A DNA stretch of 64,000 nt from Hyaloraphidium curvatum SAG 235-1 (Eukaryota; Fungi; Monoblepharomycota): the NCBI GenBank assembly GCA_025558095.1, contig JAIVFI010000007.1, forward strand, positions 124,001 through 188,000. Direction: 5' to 3'. This document shows, in pieces, positions 23,267 through 35,160 of this stretch (position 1 is the first letter of the stretch; each line of letters opens with the position of its first letter). The notes beneath the pieces were generated by a model. That model did not search any database, was not told the DNA's origin, and was given only the letters and a program-made list of their open reading frames with translations. The position numbers and the translations under genes were made by a program.

Positions 23267-24326
23267 ATGTCTCCCCCGGGTGCTGCGAACACCACGCCTT
23301 CCAAGCTCGTCCGCAAGGTTGCCATCGTAACTGGCGGTGCCAGGTGCGCCCGGTCCGGCCGCGATTCGCCCCCCGGCGGTCCTGAACGCGCCTCCGCAGC
23401 GGCTTCGGCGCAGCGACCGCCCGCAAGCTCGCAGGTAACCTGTCGATAGCAAATCGAAAGCTTTCTTGCTCTTACCGTTGTCTTTTCAAACTCGTCTTGC
23501 GCGTGTGAACGCCGAGACAGCCAAGGGCGCCATCGTCGCCATCCTGGACCAGAACGAGGAGCTGGGCGAAAAGGTCGTCGCCGAGCTGGTCGAGAACTTC
23601 TCGGGCGAGCTCGACATCGACTTCTTCACCTTCGTCAAGACGGATCTCTCGGATCTAAAGGATTTGAAGCGCGCCTTCGACAAGGTCGTCAACAAGTACG
23701 GCACGCTCGACATCATGATCAGCAACGCCGGCTTGGGCCTTGGGGACCGCGCGTTCGAGCGCTGCCTGGATGCCAAGGAGCCCGAGACGCCGGACGAGTT
23801 CGGCGACGGCACCGAGTACGCGCAGTGGCTCAAGATGCACGCCGTCAACACGGCGGCCGTCTTCTACGGCACCCAGCTGGCGATCAACGAGTTCCGCAAG
23901 GCCGCGGGCGGGAAGGGCAAGAAGGGCGTGATCGTCTCGACGGCGTCGATGGCGGCGCTGTGGCCCACCGGCAACCTTCCGGTGTACGGCGCGGGCAAGG
24001 CAGCCGTGCTCTACTGGACCCGCAAGCTGGATCACATGCTGCGGCCGAGGGACGGATCGCTTCCCGCGATCCGCATCAACGTGGTGTGCCCCGCGGCCGG
24101 GCTGACGGGCATGTACAAGGAAGGGCTGGCCGATCCGGTCTGGGGCAAGATGTTCAACCGGTTGATGGACACCCTCAAGATCCCCGTCGAGGCCGTGGCC
24201 GACGCCATCATCGCGGCAGCGGAGGATGATACGATGGCCGGGGAGGTGATTCGAGTGCTGCCCCAGGGTATCGATATCTGGGACTGCGACAAGAACGAGC
24301 CCAAGAGGCTGCTGGCAAAGATCTGA
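23267..24326 (+). CDS. Short-chain dehydrogenase/reductase (15-PGDH-like)
   Basis: VAIVTGGA|SGFG, DIMISNAG, STAS, YGAGK; two 5' introns. Confidence 0.9.
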
Positions 24327-24372
24327 GCTCGTGTTTAGGGCCCAAAAACGTGTAATCGGACGCCGGTGTTCG

Positions 24373-25672
24373 TTACAGCTTCTGCTTCTGCTCCTCCTTT
24401 GCCCACTTGCGGTCCAGCTCGTCGATGAAGTCGAGGGTGCGCTTGTTGGACCTGCGAGGAGCAACGACAGCACGGTCAGCGATCCACGACCCCAAGTCGG
24501 CAAGCCGCCGTCTCCAACCCACTTGGGCAGGCCCTGTGCGTACGTCGCCGCCGCCGGGCTCGCCGCCGTCCCGAGCAGGTACCTCGACGCGATCCCCTGG
24601 TGGATCACCGCCGTCCGGAAGAAGCTGAACGCCACGTTGTACTCGAACCGCGGGATCGGGAACGGCCGCCCGGCCGCGGTGCAGTAGATCTCCAGGCACT
24701 GCTCCGCGGTGGGGATGCCGTCGATCTCGGAGCGGGGGGCGCCGATGTAGCCGCCGTCGCCCCAGGGCTTGAAGTGCGGCTGCATGCTGTGGGAACGGGT
24801 TGTGTAAGCGCCGCGGACAGCGAAATCGCGGGATACCTACAAGTATCCGAGGTCGGCGAGGGGGTGCCCGATGGTCGAGGTCTCCCAGTCGAGGACGGCG
24901 ACGACGCGGTTCTCGGTCGGGTGCAGCATGAAGTTGTGGAACATAAAATCGAGGTGCGCCACCGTCGCCTCGTCCGGCGGCATGTGCTTCTTGAGCCATT
25001 CGACCTGGAAGTCCAGTCTCTCGAGGTCCTTGGTCTTCTCGCCCGTCTTGGGGCTCCGGACGGCGGCCTGCTGCCCCGAGAGCTTGGCCCAGTTCTGGAT
25101 CGAGCGCGGATAGTAGCCCTTGTCCTTGCCGTAGCCCTCGAGGCCGATCTTCTTGTGGTCGTAGGAGTGGAGAAGGGCGAGGGTCTGGAGGGCCGAGATG
25201 TAGGCTTCTTTCCTGTCCTTGGGCGGCACCTTGTGGATCCCGTCATGGCCGAGGACGCGGCCCTCTGCAGACACGACCCATCAGCCTCGTTCTCGGACGC
25301 CGAGAGGGCGGACCGACCGGTGTAGAGCATCACGTAGAACTCGACGCCGATGACGTCCGTGTCCTTGCAGTAGCAGAGCACTTTGGGCACGGGGAACCCT
25401 TGGGCGCCCACCGCCTTCTGGACGCGGAACTCGCGGTCGATCTGGTGGGCCCCAAACGCGAGCTTCCCGGCGGGCTTCCTCCGGCAGACGTATCGCGTGC
25501 CCCGCGAGTCCTCGAGGTAGTACGTCGGGTTCGACTGCCCCAGACCAAACTGGCCAATCTCCCTGAATGGCCCGCGGAAGCCCTCCGCATTGGCCTCGAG
25601 GTAGGCCGCGAGCTTGTCAAAGTCCACAGGGGCCCGGACGGGGCCCCACGCCTTGCCGCCCTCGGATGCCAT
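24373..25672 (-). CDS. APH/choline-kinase-like phosphotransferase (ACAD10/11 N-terminal type)
   Basis: GQSNPTY, RRKPAG, AHQIDREFRV, HLDF..HN, VLDWETSTIGHPLADLGY. Confidence 0.9.
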
Positions 25673-25996
25673 CACCCCGCACACGAGGAGACCGAGCCCG
25701 GTCGTGTTCCGATGCGCTTCCGGCGACTTCCGGGCCGCGTGCCTCGAGCTCAACCGCTTGGGAGACGCGAGCGTGCGAGCTTCGGGCCGACGTTTCGCCC
25801 TAGCGTCCCTAGTCGCGAGCGGGGCCTAGCGGGACGCAGATACCACAATTCTTTCTCGCGCACCAACAACCAACGTCCGCCTTTCCCCGGCCCGGACGCC
25901 GTCGTCGACGTCTTTGCGGACTCGGAAGCCGCTCTCCAGTCTTTTCTCTTCCCCTACCCCTGCCACCGTAGCCCGCGGGCCGGCGGCACCGGCGCC

Positions 25997-27217
25997 ATGC
26001 CGCAGAACGAGTACATCGAGGAGGCCATCAAGAAGCATGGCCGGCGGCTCGACCACGAGGAGCGGAAGTGGGTAGCGCGGGCTCTACGGTCGGAGGACTT
26101 GGACGCGGGTGCTTGGTGTTGCCTTGAGGAGGCAGGGAGGACGGGATGGCCAGCCCGGGGTTCCCCGCTCTTCGGGCGTCGAAAACGCTCCCCCTGGGGC
26201 ATACTGGAGCCGATGGGCCCGCTCCGGCATCATCGCAGCTGTATGTCAGATGCCACGGTGTTGTTGGAGGCTTTGGAGGGGGGGTCTCGGGGACCTTCTG
26301 GACAGCAGAGGCTGACGACTTCGCTCCGCTCCGCGCAGACGGAAGCGAGAAGCTCGTGAGGGCCACGAACGCTCCGAATATGCCCAAAAGGTGCGGGGCC
26401 TGAAGGCCAAGATCTACAACAAGAAACGGCACACGGAGAAGGTCGAGATGAGGAAAAAGTGGGTCGCTTGCTCTGCTCCCAACGTCGAGCCTTCCTGACG
26501 CTTCGGCACCCAGGATCAAGATGCACGAGGAAAAGAACGTCACGAAGAAGGGCCCGGCGGAACCGCAGGACGGCGCGATCCCGACGTACCTGATGGACCG
26601 CGAGAAGCAGACGCGGGCCAAGGTGCTCTCGAACATGATCAAGCAGAAGCGGAAGGAGAAGGCCGGGAAGTGGAATGTGCCGCTGCCCAAGGTGCGGGCG
26701 GTCGCGGAGGAGGAGGTGTTTAAGGTCATGAAGAGCGGGAAGCGGAAAAGTGGGCATCTTCGGCACGGCTCGGACGGCGTCCCTGACCCCTTCCCCAGCC
26801 AAGCAATGGAAGCGCATTGTCACCAAGCCCACCTTTGTCGGGGAGGGCTTCACCCGGAAGCCGCCAAAGTACGAGCGCTTCATCCGGCCGATGGCGCTGC
26901 GGTACAAGAAGGCGCACGTGACGCACCCGGAGCTCGCCGCCACCTTTTGCCTGCCCATCCTCGGGGTCAAGAAGAACCCCAACAGCCCCATGTACACGCA
27001 GTTGGGCGTGCTGACCAAGGGCACGGTGATCGAAGTCAACGTTTCGGAGCTCGGGCTGGTGACGCAGAGCGGCAAGGTCGTCTGGGGCAAGTACGCTCAG
27101 GCTGGTTTCACTTGCCGGTTTGTTTTGCCCCGTCTTGTTGCTGATTGGCGCTGTCCTCCGCAGATTACGAACAACCCCGAAAACGACGGCTGCGTGAACG
27201 CCGTGCTGCTCGTCTGA
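25997..27217 (+). CDS. NSA2: Ribosome biogenesis protein Nsa2, 4 introns
   Basis: [44 protein letters not shown]|[17 protein letters not shown]. Confidence 0.97.
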
Positions 27218-27576
27218 GCCACTCTGCCACCTCTGCCATCTCTTGGTCATCATGGTTGACTTTATTCGGAGCTTACAATGTAGATGGATACCCGCAATTC
27301 GATTGTTTGGAGTTTCACTCAACCGTCACCCGCTCCGTCCGGCATCGATTGTCGGTCCGCCCTGTTGCAGGAGGCATCCCTGCCGCGGCCGAAGCTCGCG
27401 GACACAACTTTCACCCCCCGAATCAAGCTCACTCAATTGACCGCGCCGGCCCCGCCAGACACCGCGCAGCCATCCGACGCTTCTAGAAGGACGATTCCCG
27501 CGTTCTACTGGGCGCCCGAGGCCCTGCAGGTCGCGCATCGCAGATCCGCCCCCAAGGCCAAACAAAGGACGGCACG

Positions 27577-28663
27577 ATGGCGGACCCCGACTGGCTCACC
27601 TGCGCGGTCTGCCTCGGCACGATGCTTCCGTCAGAGATTCCGGTGGTGCTTTACAAGTCGAACACTTTCGGCTCCTGGACGGCCTGCCAGCACATTTTTT
27701 GCAGGAACTGCATCTCCCCGCTGTCCTCCCTCGGACCCGCGGCGCGCCGATGCCCGACCTGCCGCAAGCGCTGGAACACCGCCGTGCCCCTCCTGGAGAC
27801 CAACATCGAGCCGCTGAAGATTGCGTACCGCTCCAGCTACGTGTCGTGCCCCCACGAGTGCGGCGCCGCCGTGCAGATCTGGGACCTCGACGCGCACTCC
27901 CGCGCCTGCCCCTTCGCCGCCGTCGCGTGCCCCCACGAAGGCTGCGGCCTGCAGCTCGCTCGCAAGGACATGGAGAAGCACAAAGAAGAGTGCCCGAGGG
28001 CTTTCGTTGCTTGCGAGAACGAGGGGTGCGGGGAGGCCGTCCGGAGGGAGGAGGCCGAAGCCCATGCCGAGGAGTGCCCCAAACGCATCGTTCGTGCGCG
28101 CTGCATCCCTTCTGCACCCACGAGGTAGGCGCTCCGCACATGATCCGAACGGACGGCAAACTGACCGCGACGCTGCGCAGGCGGCCCTTGACACGATCGA
28201 CGAGCACATGCAGGAGGCCGCCGCGCACCACGGGGAGCTGTTGGACCAGCTCGCGGCCGAGCTCGACACCAAAGACCTCGAGCTCCGCCGCAAAACCAGC
28301 GCCCTGCGGATCAAGGCCCGCCTGCTCCGCGCCCGGGAAGCCGAGATCGCCGAGCTCCGAAGGAACCTCGCGGTGACCGTCGCGGACAGGGACGGCATGC
28401 TCCAGGAGCGCGACGAGGAGATCGCCCGGCTCCGCAAGCAGAACGAGGTCCTGCGGTCCTTCGCTACGGGGAGCAAGGACCGGCTCATCAAGAAGCTCGC
28501 CGCGCACAAGGACCGCCTGCTCGATAGGCGAGGGTCCGACATCGCGGAGCTTCGCGGCGGCGGGGACAAGGAGAACGCCACGAGCTGGTTCATCGATCTC
28601 TCGGACGGGCAGGGAAACGGGGCCGAGCCTCACCAGAAGCTCGAGACAAACGGAACGGACTGA
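27577..28663 (+). CDS. RING plus TRAF-type zinc fingers plus coiled coil (putative E3 ligase)
   Basis: CAVC...CQHIFCRNC...CPTC; repeated CPHEC/H...CP units; one intron near 28.1-28.18 kb. Confidence 0.85.
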
Positions 28664-29040
28664 TGGCTTTTGTTCGGTTAGGTCGGGAACTCGGGCTCTT
28701 GCGCTCAGTTCTGGTGAGGTTGGCGGACTCTTGCGACCTTTGAGTTGTCCTGCCTCTCCAAAAGTCTGCCTGCGCGGTTTCGGCCAGCGTCAGTTTAACA
28801 GAAAGGGGCGGTGGCGAGTAGATAGGACAGAACTTGTTCCGTGCATAGGGTCAACAAGAGAGCAGATCCATTACTAGTCGTCGCGACAGCCTGATAAGCT
28901 ACAGTAGATTCAGCAGCATCAAGACCTTTGCAGTTTGCAGGTCGCTTGTAGAAGCCCCTCCCCGCTCCTCCCGTCCTTCCATACGCACCGCACCTCCTCC
29001 TTCCCGCATCGCCCTCCGCCCCATCGGGCCCGTCCGACGC

Positions 29041-31421
29041 TCAAGCCTTGCCGATCCCGTTGCCCTTGAGGATCTCGTCCAGCATCACCGAGTCCGGGCA
29101 CAGCGCCGAAAAGAGCTTCCAGTCGAACTCGGTGCGCGGCTCGCCGCGCTCGTCCAGCAGCGGCTGCCCCGAGGCGTCCTTGAGCGGCTTCATGAGCTTC
29201 TGGCACATCTTGTCGACTGTGGGTAGGCCGCCTGTCAGCGTCGATCGGCATACCACGGCCCAAGGCGCGCAACCCACTCGCGACGATGCTGAGCACCGTC
29301 TGCACGTAGGCGTCGATCAGGTCGTCCACCCCGATCCCGAGCTTGTTGAAGTCCTTGCGGTCCATGAGCAGCAGCCTGTTTGCCTCGGTGGTCCACTCAT
29401 TGTCGTCCAGCTTGACGCTCAGGTTGGTCCCCAGCATCTCCCACGACGTCACGTCCGGGTGGTCCTCGAGCTTCTTGACCAGCGGGTGCCGCGACCGGCG
29501 CGCGTAGATGGCCACGGGGCGGAAGCCGCTGTCGTTGGCGCAGACCATCATGCGGAGGTCGCTGACGTAGATGTCCTTCTTCTTCTGCTCGGCGGGCAAC
29601 GTCAGGCACCCAGGCCGAATGGCAACGAGGAAAACCCACGTCAGGAACGGTGCCGACGTGGTAAAAGACGCCCTGCCTCCCGGCTCGGTGGGCCTGCCAG
29701 CTCGGCGATCCGACGAGCGACTGCACGATGAACTGCGGGCCGGCATTCAAGGACAGTCAGGATCCGCTGGTTGACAGCCCCGCGCCCCGACCCACCTTCT
29801 CGTACTTGTGGTCGATCGCCATGAAGTCGTCCAGCTCCTTCTGCCCCAGGATGGTGTACACCCCCTGCCCCGCGTTGGAGTAGGGCACCTTGATCACCGC
29901 CTGGCCCCCGAGGCTCTCGACCCACAGCGGTATCTCGGCCTTGGAGCAGTTCTTGACCGTCTCGGGGATGTGAATCGCCAGCCCGGTGCCGGCCAGCTCC
30001 GCGTTGAGGAAGTCGTACGCGCGCGCCGCCAGGGCCTTGTTGCGCCCGCCGGCGATGCACGCCAGGATCGAGTTCATCACCACCGTCCTGGGCTGGATCG
30101 GGAACCGCGTCCACGGCTTCTGCGTCGTGTACTTGAAGCACGCCCGCACGGCGTGCCACGCCCCGCCGGCGTCGCGGACCTCCATCACGCCGTCGGCCCA
30201 GCGCACGGGCGGGTCGGGGTCCGAGTCGTAGAATTCGACGAGCCAGACGCGCTCGCGGGTGACCTCGGCGATCACCTCGGCGTAGCCGCTGCAACGCGCG
30301 GGGTGTGAGGTGTCAGACCTCCCGCCACGCCACCGGGAGGGAGCACCGCCCCACCTGTTCTCCATCGCGTTCTTGTCAAACACCACGGCAATGTCCCCCG
30401 CGGCCTTGTCGGTGCGGTCCAGGATGGGCTTGAGCGCGTGCTCGACCACGATCCCGTAGCCGCCGTACTCGTCCTGCACGTCCTGCAGCAGCGGCATCGA
30501 CTTCTGGCCCGACGGGCACGAGTTCGTCTGTGGGGCAGACCCACCACCAGGAAACGCCGTCAGCAAGATCGCCGCCGGCACCGGCCGCGCACCGCCCCAC
30601 CTCGACGATGATCATCTGCCTCCTCCCGTTGTAGCTCACCGCGTTGAACAAATCCGACCCCGCCCAGTGGAAGTGCCTGGGCCTGTACGACAGCAGCGAG
30701 GCCAGCACGTCCACGTCCACCTGCGGGTTCAGGTGCGCGTAGCGCGCGATCATGCGCTCGTTGCCAAGGGTGAGGAAGGACGAGACGAGGGGGTGCAGCT
30801 GCGCGTTGAGGACGCGGGGGTACCAGTGGCGTTCGGGCTCTGGAGATTGGTGGGGGGGATGGGGAGAAGGTCGGGGAAATGGAGGGAGGGCAGGGGAGGG
30901 GGGTTTGGTGGCCGACGGAGGGGAGATCACGGGATCAGTGATCGCGCCGGATCACGACGTCGGATCGCGGGAAGGGGAGACGAAAGAAAGTCAGTCATGC
31001 GTGGTCCGACCGGGCGGCGCCGGACGTATAACCCACCGTAGGAACCGGCCGCGACGGGCTTGGCAAAGTACCCCGTGAGCGGCTTCTTCTTCCTGGCCGG
31101 CTTCTCCTCCTCCGCCGCCGCGCCGGCCTCGGCGCTGACCAGCCCCCCGCTGTTCCCCTGCACCGCCGGCTTCCCGACCGCCTCCTGCGCGTCGAACGAG
31201 TCCTTGCGCGGCTGCTTGCCGTCCGCAACGGCGTCGGTGGGGCCCATGGGCGGCGACCGCTCGAACGCCGAGTCGGCGATGGAGGGCTTGCGGGCCAGCG
31301 GGGGGAGCTCAGCGGTGGCGGCGGTGTCGCCGAGCGAGAGCATCGAGAGGTTGGAGGGGAGCGAGGAGAGGGCGGTGGAGGGGGCGGGCGAGGGGCCCTG
31401 CGGGGGGGTGGCGTGCAGCAT
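29041..31421 (-). CDS. Uncharacterised ATP-grasp-like protein with disordered N-terminus, multi-intron
   Basis: E|[50 protein letters not shown]. Confidence 0.75.
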
Positions 31422-32005
31422 GTGTGTTTGGGGGAGGCGGGGTGCCGACGGAGGCCGGGCTGCCCGGGGGTGCACGGGCAGACAGCTAAAATGCTGGCTG
31501 AATTGGTTCCGCCCTGTTTGGCCTGTTGCGGCGCGGGGGTGCTGGTTGCGCAAGGTGCTCGGACGACACGTCAAGGCTGCGCAGTGCGCCGCGGGGGTTT
31601 CCTGCGTCCGGCGCCGCCTCCGCGTGGAATGTTCCGCACGGCCTGTCCGCCGGCGTGTTTCTCCGGCGGTGCGACGGGCGGCGCGTGCGGCGTGCCACGC
31701 GAGCGGTTGGGACCGCCGACTCGGCTCCGACGGCGACCGCTGAGCTGGCCCTCGGGGCACCGCGGGGGAGCGCGCCGGGCTGCGGAGGACGCTGCGACGC
31801 CGCCGCCGGGTCGCCGCTGAGGTGCGCGCCCGCCGCTCGCGGTGTTGCAGCTTCGGGGACGGGCTGGTAGGGGCGCGGCACGCACGCGCTCCCCACACGA
31901 AGACGGTGTGGCTGTGCCGCCTCCCGGGAACCCAAGGGACACCTGATCGGAATCAGATGGTCATGCATCGGGCACTGATGTCACAGATCCAATGAGCACC
32001 GATGT

Positions 32006-33076
32006 TTATGCCCAGATGCCAATCAAGCACATGACCGCGGCCCCCGCAAACACCGTCGCGGCCCCCGCCGCTCGCCCGGCCATCGGCCTCCCCCGGAACG
32101 CCGCCTCGGCCTCGGGCAGCAGCTCCGCGAACGCGTCCTTGGCCAGGATCCCGCCCGCCGCCGCCTCGAGGAGGTTGATCCAGCCCGCCATACCCCCGTT
32201 CGGGTCGTACGACGACGAAGCTCGCAGGAAGGCGCCGAGGAGCACCCCCGTCGGGGTGGACGCGGTGTACACCGCCAACGCCGCGTTCCTGCGCCACTCG
32301 GGCATCCCTGCATCCAGCACCGCCCCGCACAGCGCTACGCCCTCGAAGAACTGGTGCACCGAAAGCGCGATGGCAAGCGCGGCGGCCTGCCCCGCTTCCG
32401 CGGCTCCCAGCGCGATCCCGATTACGAGGGAGTGCGAGGCGATTCCGAGCTCCAATGAGAGTGTCGCAGAATGGCCGTGGCCGCCGTGCGGGTGGTGGAG
32501 GTGGCTTCCACTCTGCCGCCCCGGTCCGCGGGCACGGAACGCCCTCCCCGACGCCGAGCTTCCCGCTCCGACCGACTCCCCCGTCCGCTCCACGTCCAGG
32601 CCGTCCGTGGGGATCTCCAGCAGCTCCGCCTCATCCTCCTCGCCCCCCACCCCCGGCACCGGCGACCCGCCCCTCTTCCCCCCCGTTCCATCATCCCCCG
32701 GAACCGCCTGCGCCGCCCACCCCAGCAGCGCCGCCCCGCACGCCGCCGCCGCCCCCCAAGGATACGTCCCCCAGCCCAGGCATTCAGAGGACAGGAAGGC
32801 AAAGGAGGGAGCGAGCACGTGCACGAAAGCGGTCGCGAGCACGGCGCCGGCGCCGAACGCACGAAGGTACGGCGCCGCGGGCGGGGGGGAGAGGAGGGGA
32901 AGCGCGGCGCCGAGGCCCGACGCGAGGAGCTGCGGCATGTTGGACGCGGGGGGAACACTGAACGTGAGACGCGTCCAGCCGGGGGACAGCAGAGGGCCCA
33001 CGAGGAGGAACGCGTAGCCGAGCCGCGGCCACGGGGAAAAGGGCGATGTGGGGGCTTCGCAGCCGGGCGGGGGCAT
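32006..33076 (-). CDS. ZIP-family zinc/iron transporter
   Basis: FGAGAVLATAFVHVL, His loop HLHHPHGGHGH, LELGIASHSLVIG, HQFFEG. Confidence 0.88.
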   Translation of the reverse strand: MPPPGCEAPTSPFSPWPRLGYAFLLVGPLLSPGWTRLTFSVPPASNMPQLLASGLGAALPLLSPPPAAPYLRAFGAGAVLATAFVHVLAPSFAFLSSECLGWGTYPWGAAAACGAALLGWAAQAVPGDDGTGGKRGGSPVPGVGGEEDEAELLEIPTDGLDVERTGESVGAGSSASGRAFRARGPGRQSGSHLHHPHGGHGHSATLSLELGIASHSLVIGIALGAAEAGQAAALAIALSVHQFFEGVALCGAVLDAGMPEWRRNAALAVYTASTPTGVLLGAFLRASSSYDPNGGMAGWINLLEAAAGGILAKDAFAELLPEAEAAFRGRPMAGRAAGAATVFAGAAVMCLIGIWA

Positions 33077-33160
33077 CGTGCCGGCGGCACTGCGGGGTCG
33101 GAGCGGAGGGCGGATTCGGGGTGACGGTGCACGCGCCGCGGAAATCACTGTCGCGCGAGC

Positions 33161-33370
33161 CTCCAAACAAACGTCGAATTGCGGGTATCCATCCACATTT
33201 TGAGCTCGGAAGAAAGCATCCATGAGGACCAAGAGATGGCAGAGGCGGCAGAGTGGTATGGACAAGCAGCACGGTTCCCGCAGCCGTCGGTTTCGCTAGG
33301 CTGCGGAGGAACGCGCCATCAGGATCACGATCAGGCAAGATAGATAGGAAGGTGAAACAGACCTGAGCGT
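33161..33370 (-). pseudogene. Decayed inverted copy of the NSA2 3' end (last intron, last exon, 3' UTR)
   Basis: Reverse complement matches 27093-27312, including CTCTGCCATCTCTTGGTC and GATGGATACCCGCAATTCGA. Confidence 0.9.
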
Positions 33371-33492
33371 TGGATCAGGGACAGCCGTCGGAGCCGGGCT
33401 TCTAACACCGTGAAAAATCTTCCTCCGCGACCTCCCGTACCTTGGGCAGAAGCACGAGGCACGTGTCTTATAGTGCTTTGCCATTTAGAAAA

Positions 33493-34233
33493 ATGGATGG
33501 AAAGACTGCGCCTTTGGCGCCTCGGGGGATGACAATTCCTTTGGGCCCGTGGCTTGCACGGTGCACCGTCATCGTTGCCCACTCAAGGACCGCACCACTA
33601 GATGCTCGCACCGGCCAACACCATCATGGGAAGCACTGCCACATTGCGCTTCGCCTGGAACGAGGACGTACGGCCGGAAGCGCTGCCTCCGTCCGGCTCC
33701 TCAGGGGTATCCTGACGCTGGACTACGACCCGCGCATCCTCCGCGCCACCCTCCACCCCGTTCACCATGTCCTGGGGGAAGTGGTGTTTGGGGCTGCTCT
33801 GAACGATGACTTTGTCATCGAGTCAGGGCACTCGTACATCTTCCAGCAGAGCGTGGGCAGCGGCGGGCGAGACAGCGAGGAGCTGCTGGACGACCAGTTC
33901 ACTGCTCTCGCGAGCCTCCTCAATCAGCATGATATGAGCTTTCAACTGCTCCATTTCGCGTTGAGGAAGCTGGCCGAGCTGGTCATAAAAGGGCAACGGC
34001 TCCAGAAGGACAAGGAACGGGCGGACGAGGAAGCGCGTGAGCGCACGCGGCGCCGCGACTGGATATGGAAGGTGGCGGCTGTGATTGGCGCCGTCATGCT
34101 CTTCGTTGCTGCAGTCAGCATGGCGCCGGACGTCGCCGGCGGCGCAAAAGCAGCCGTTAACTACTTCCTGGGCTTGCTTGCTTCGGTTGGGAATCTCTTG
34201 CAGACGATCCGGCTGCTTCTCTTGCCGGTGTGA
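33493..34233 (+). CDS. Hypothetical coiled-coil protein with C-terminal hydrophobic helices
   Basis: Open frame; KELRE-rich helix followed by WIWKVAAVIGAVMLFVAAV. Confidence 0.5.
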   Translation: MDGKTAPLAPRGMTIPLGPWLARCTVIVAHSRTAPLDARTGQHHHGKHCHIALRLERGRTAGSAASVRLLRGILTLDYDPRILRATLHPVHHVLGEVVFGAALNDDFVIESGHSYIFQQSVGSGGRDSEELLDDQFTALASLLNQHDMSFQLLHFALRKLAELVIKGQRLQKDKERADEEARERTRRRDWIWKVAAVIGAVMLFVAAVSMAPDVAGGAKAAVNYFLGLLASVGNLLQTIRLLLLPV

Positions 34234-34386
34234 ACCCTGGTGTAAAGCTCCTGATGGAAATGGACTCTGGGGGGCTGCAAGATAGAGTGGTCCTTTTCGC
34301 CAGCACGAAGCGGTGCATGTGCACGATTCTAGACGAAGTCGTCAACCTCGGCGAAGTGGGTGCGCGCATCTCGAACTCCAGACCAA

Positions 34387-35160
34387 TGGACGACCCCTAC
34401 GCGCTGGTCTGCGTGCCCGGCGTGACGCGCGACTTTGTGCGCGTGCGGCTGCGCGGCGTGGAAGACGAGGCGGCGCTGCGGGCGGCGGTGGGGCGCGACG
34501 CGGGGCTGCCGGCGACGGCGGCCGTGCTGGAGCTCCGCAGCGCCGGGCCGCTGCGGCCGAGCGTTCCCGGCGCCGCCGCCGCGTGGGACGCCGCGGCGCC
34601 ACTGCCGCCGCGTGGGCCGGCGTTCGCGCGGGCGCTGCACGCGATGCACCTGCTGGGCCGCGTCGGCGGCCGATCCCTGGCGCCCGAGCCGCTGCCGCCG
34701 CCGCTCGCGCCGCGGAGGCCCGACGCGACAGGGCCCGCCGTCTGGGCGCTGCTGCGGTACGACCGGCTGTGGGGCCTCCACCGCGTACCCGCGGGGCGTG
34801 GCGTGCGGCTGGGACCTGAAGGCGGCATTCCGCGAGCAGGCCGGGCTCGATGCTCGCGCGTTCGGCTCGCTCGAGCTGCGGTGCGTGGGGCTCGACCCGC
34901 CCGGGAAGGCCCCGGGCGACCGCGAGGCCGCGTGGAAGGGGGCGTCGTGCGTCGCGGACGACGACCCGTTCCCGGACCGGGCGCGAGGGCTGGACTGGGA
35001 CTCCTGGCTGATTGCGCAGACCTGCTGGCATCGCGTGGAACCGGACGACGTCGGGGACGTCCCGGGCGGGCTGGCAGGGGCCGCCATGTCCGCCGGGGCG
35101 CGGATCCGCTCGTGGTTGGGGTGGGCCGCAGGAGCCGGCATCGACGCTGGCGGTCGATGA
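34387..35160 (+). pseudogene. Two-repeat protein (ubiquitin-like/Crinkler-NTD-like), frameshift near 34790
   Basis: Two similar units (LRAAV..DAGL..LELR..AW and LKAAF..QAGL..LELR..AW) in different frames. Confidence 0.5.

Noticed and set aside
27219-33256. Inverted repeats as TIRs of a 6-kb transposon
   Set aside because: Homology extends into the NSA2 intron and exon, and no transposase is enclosed
33077-33265. N-terminal extension of the ZIP ORF (MSIPLCRL...)
   Set aside because: It reads through the duplicated NSA2 3' UTR; MPPPGCE at 33076 is the more plausible start
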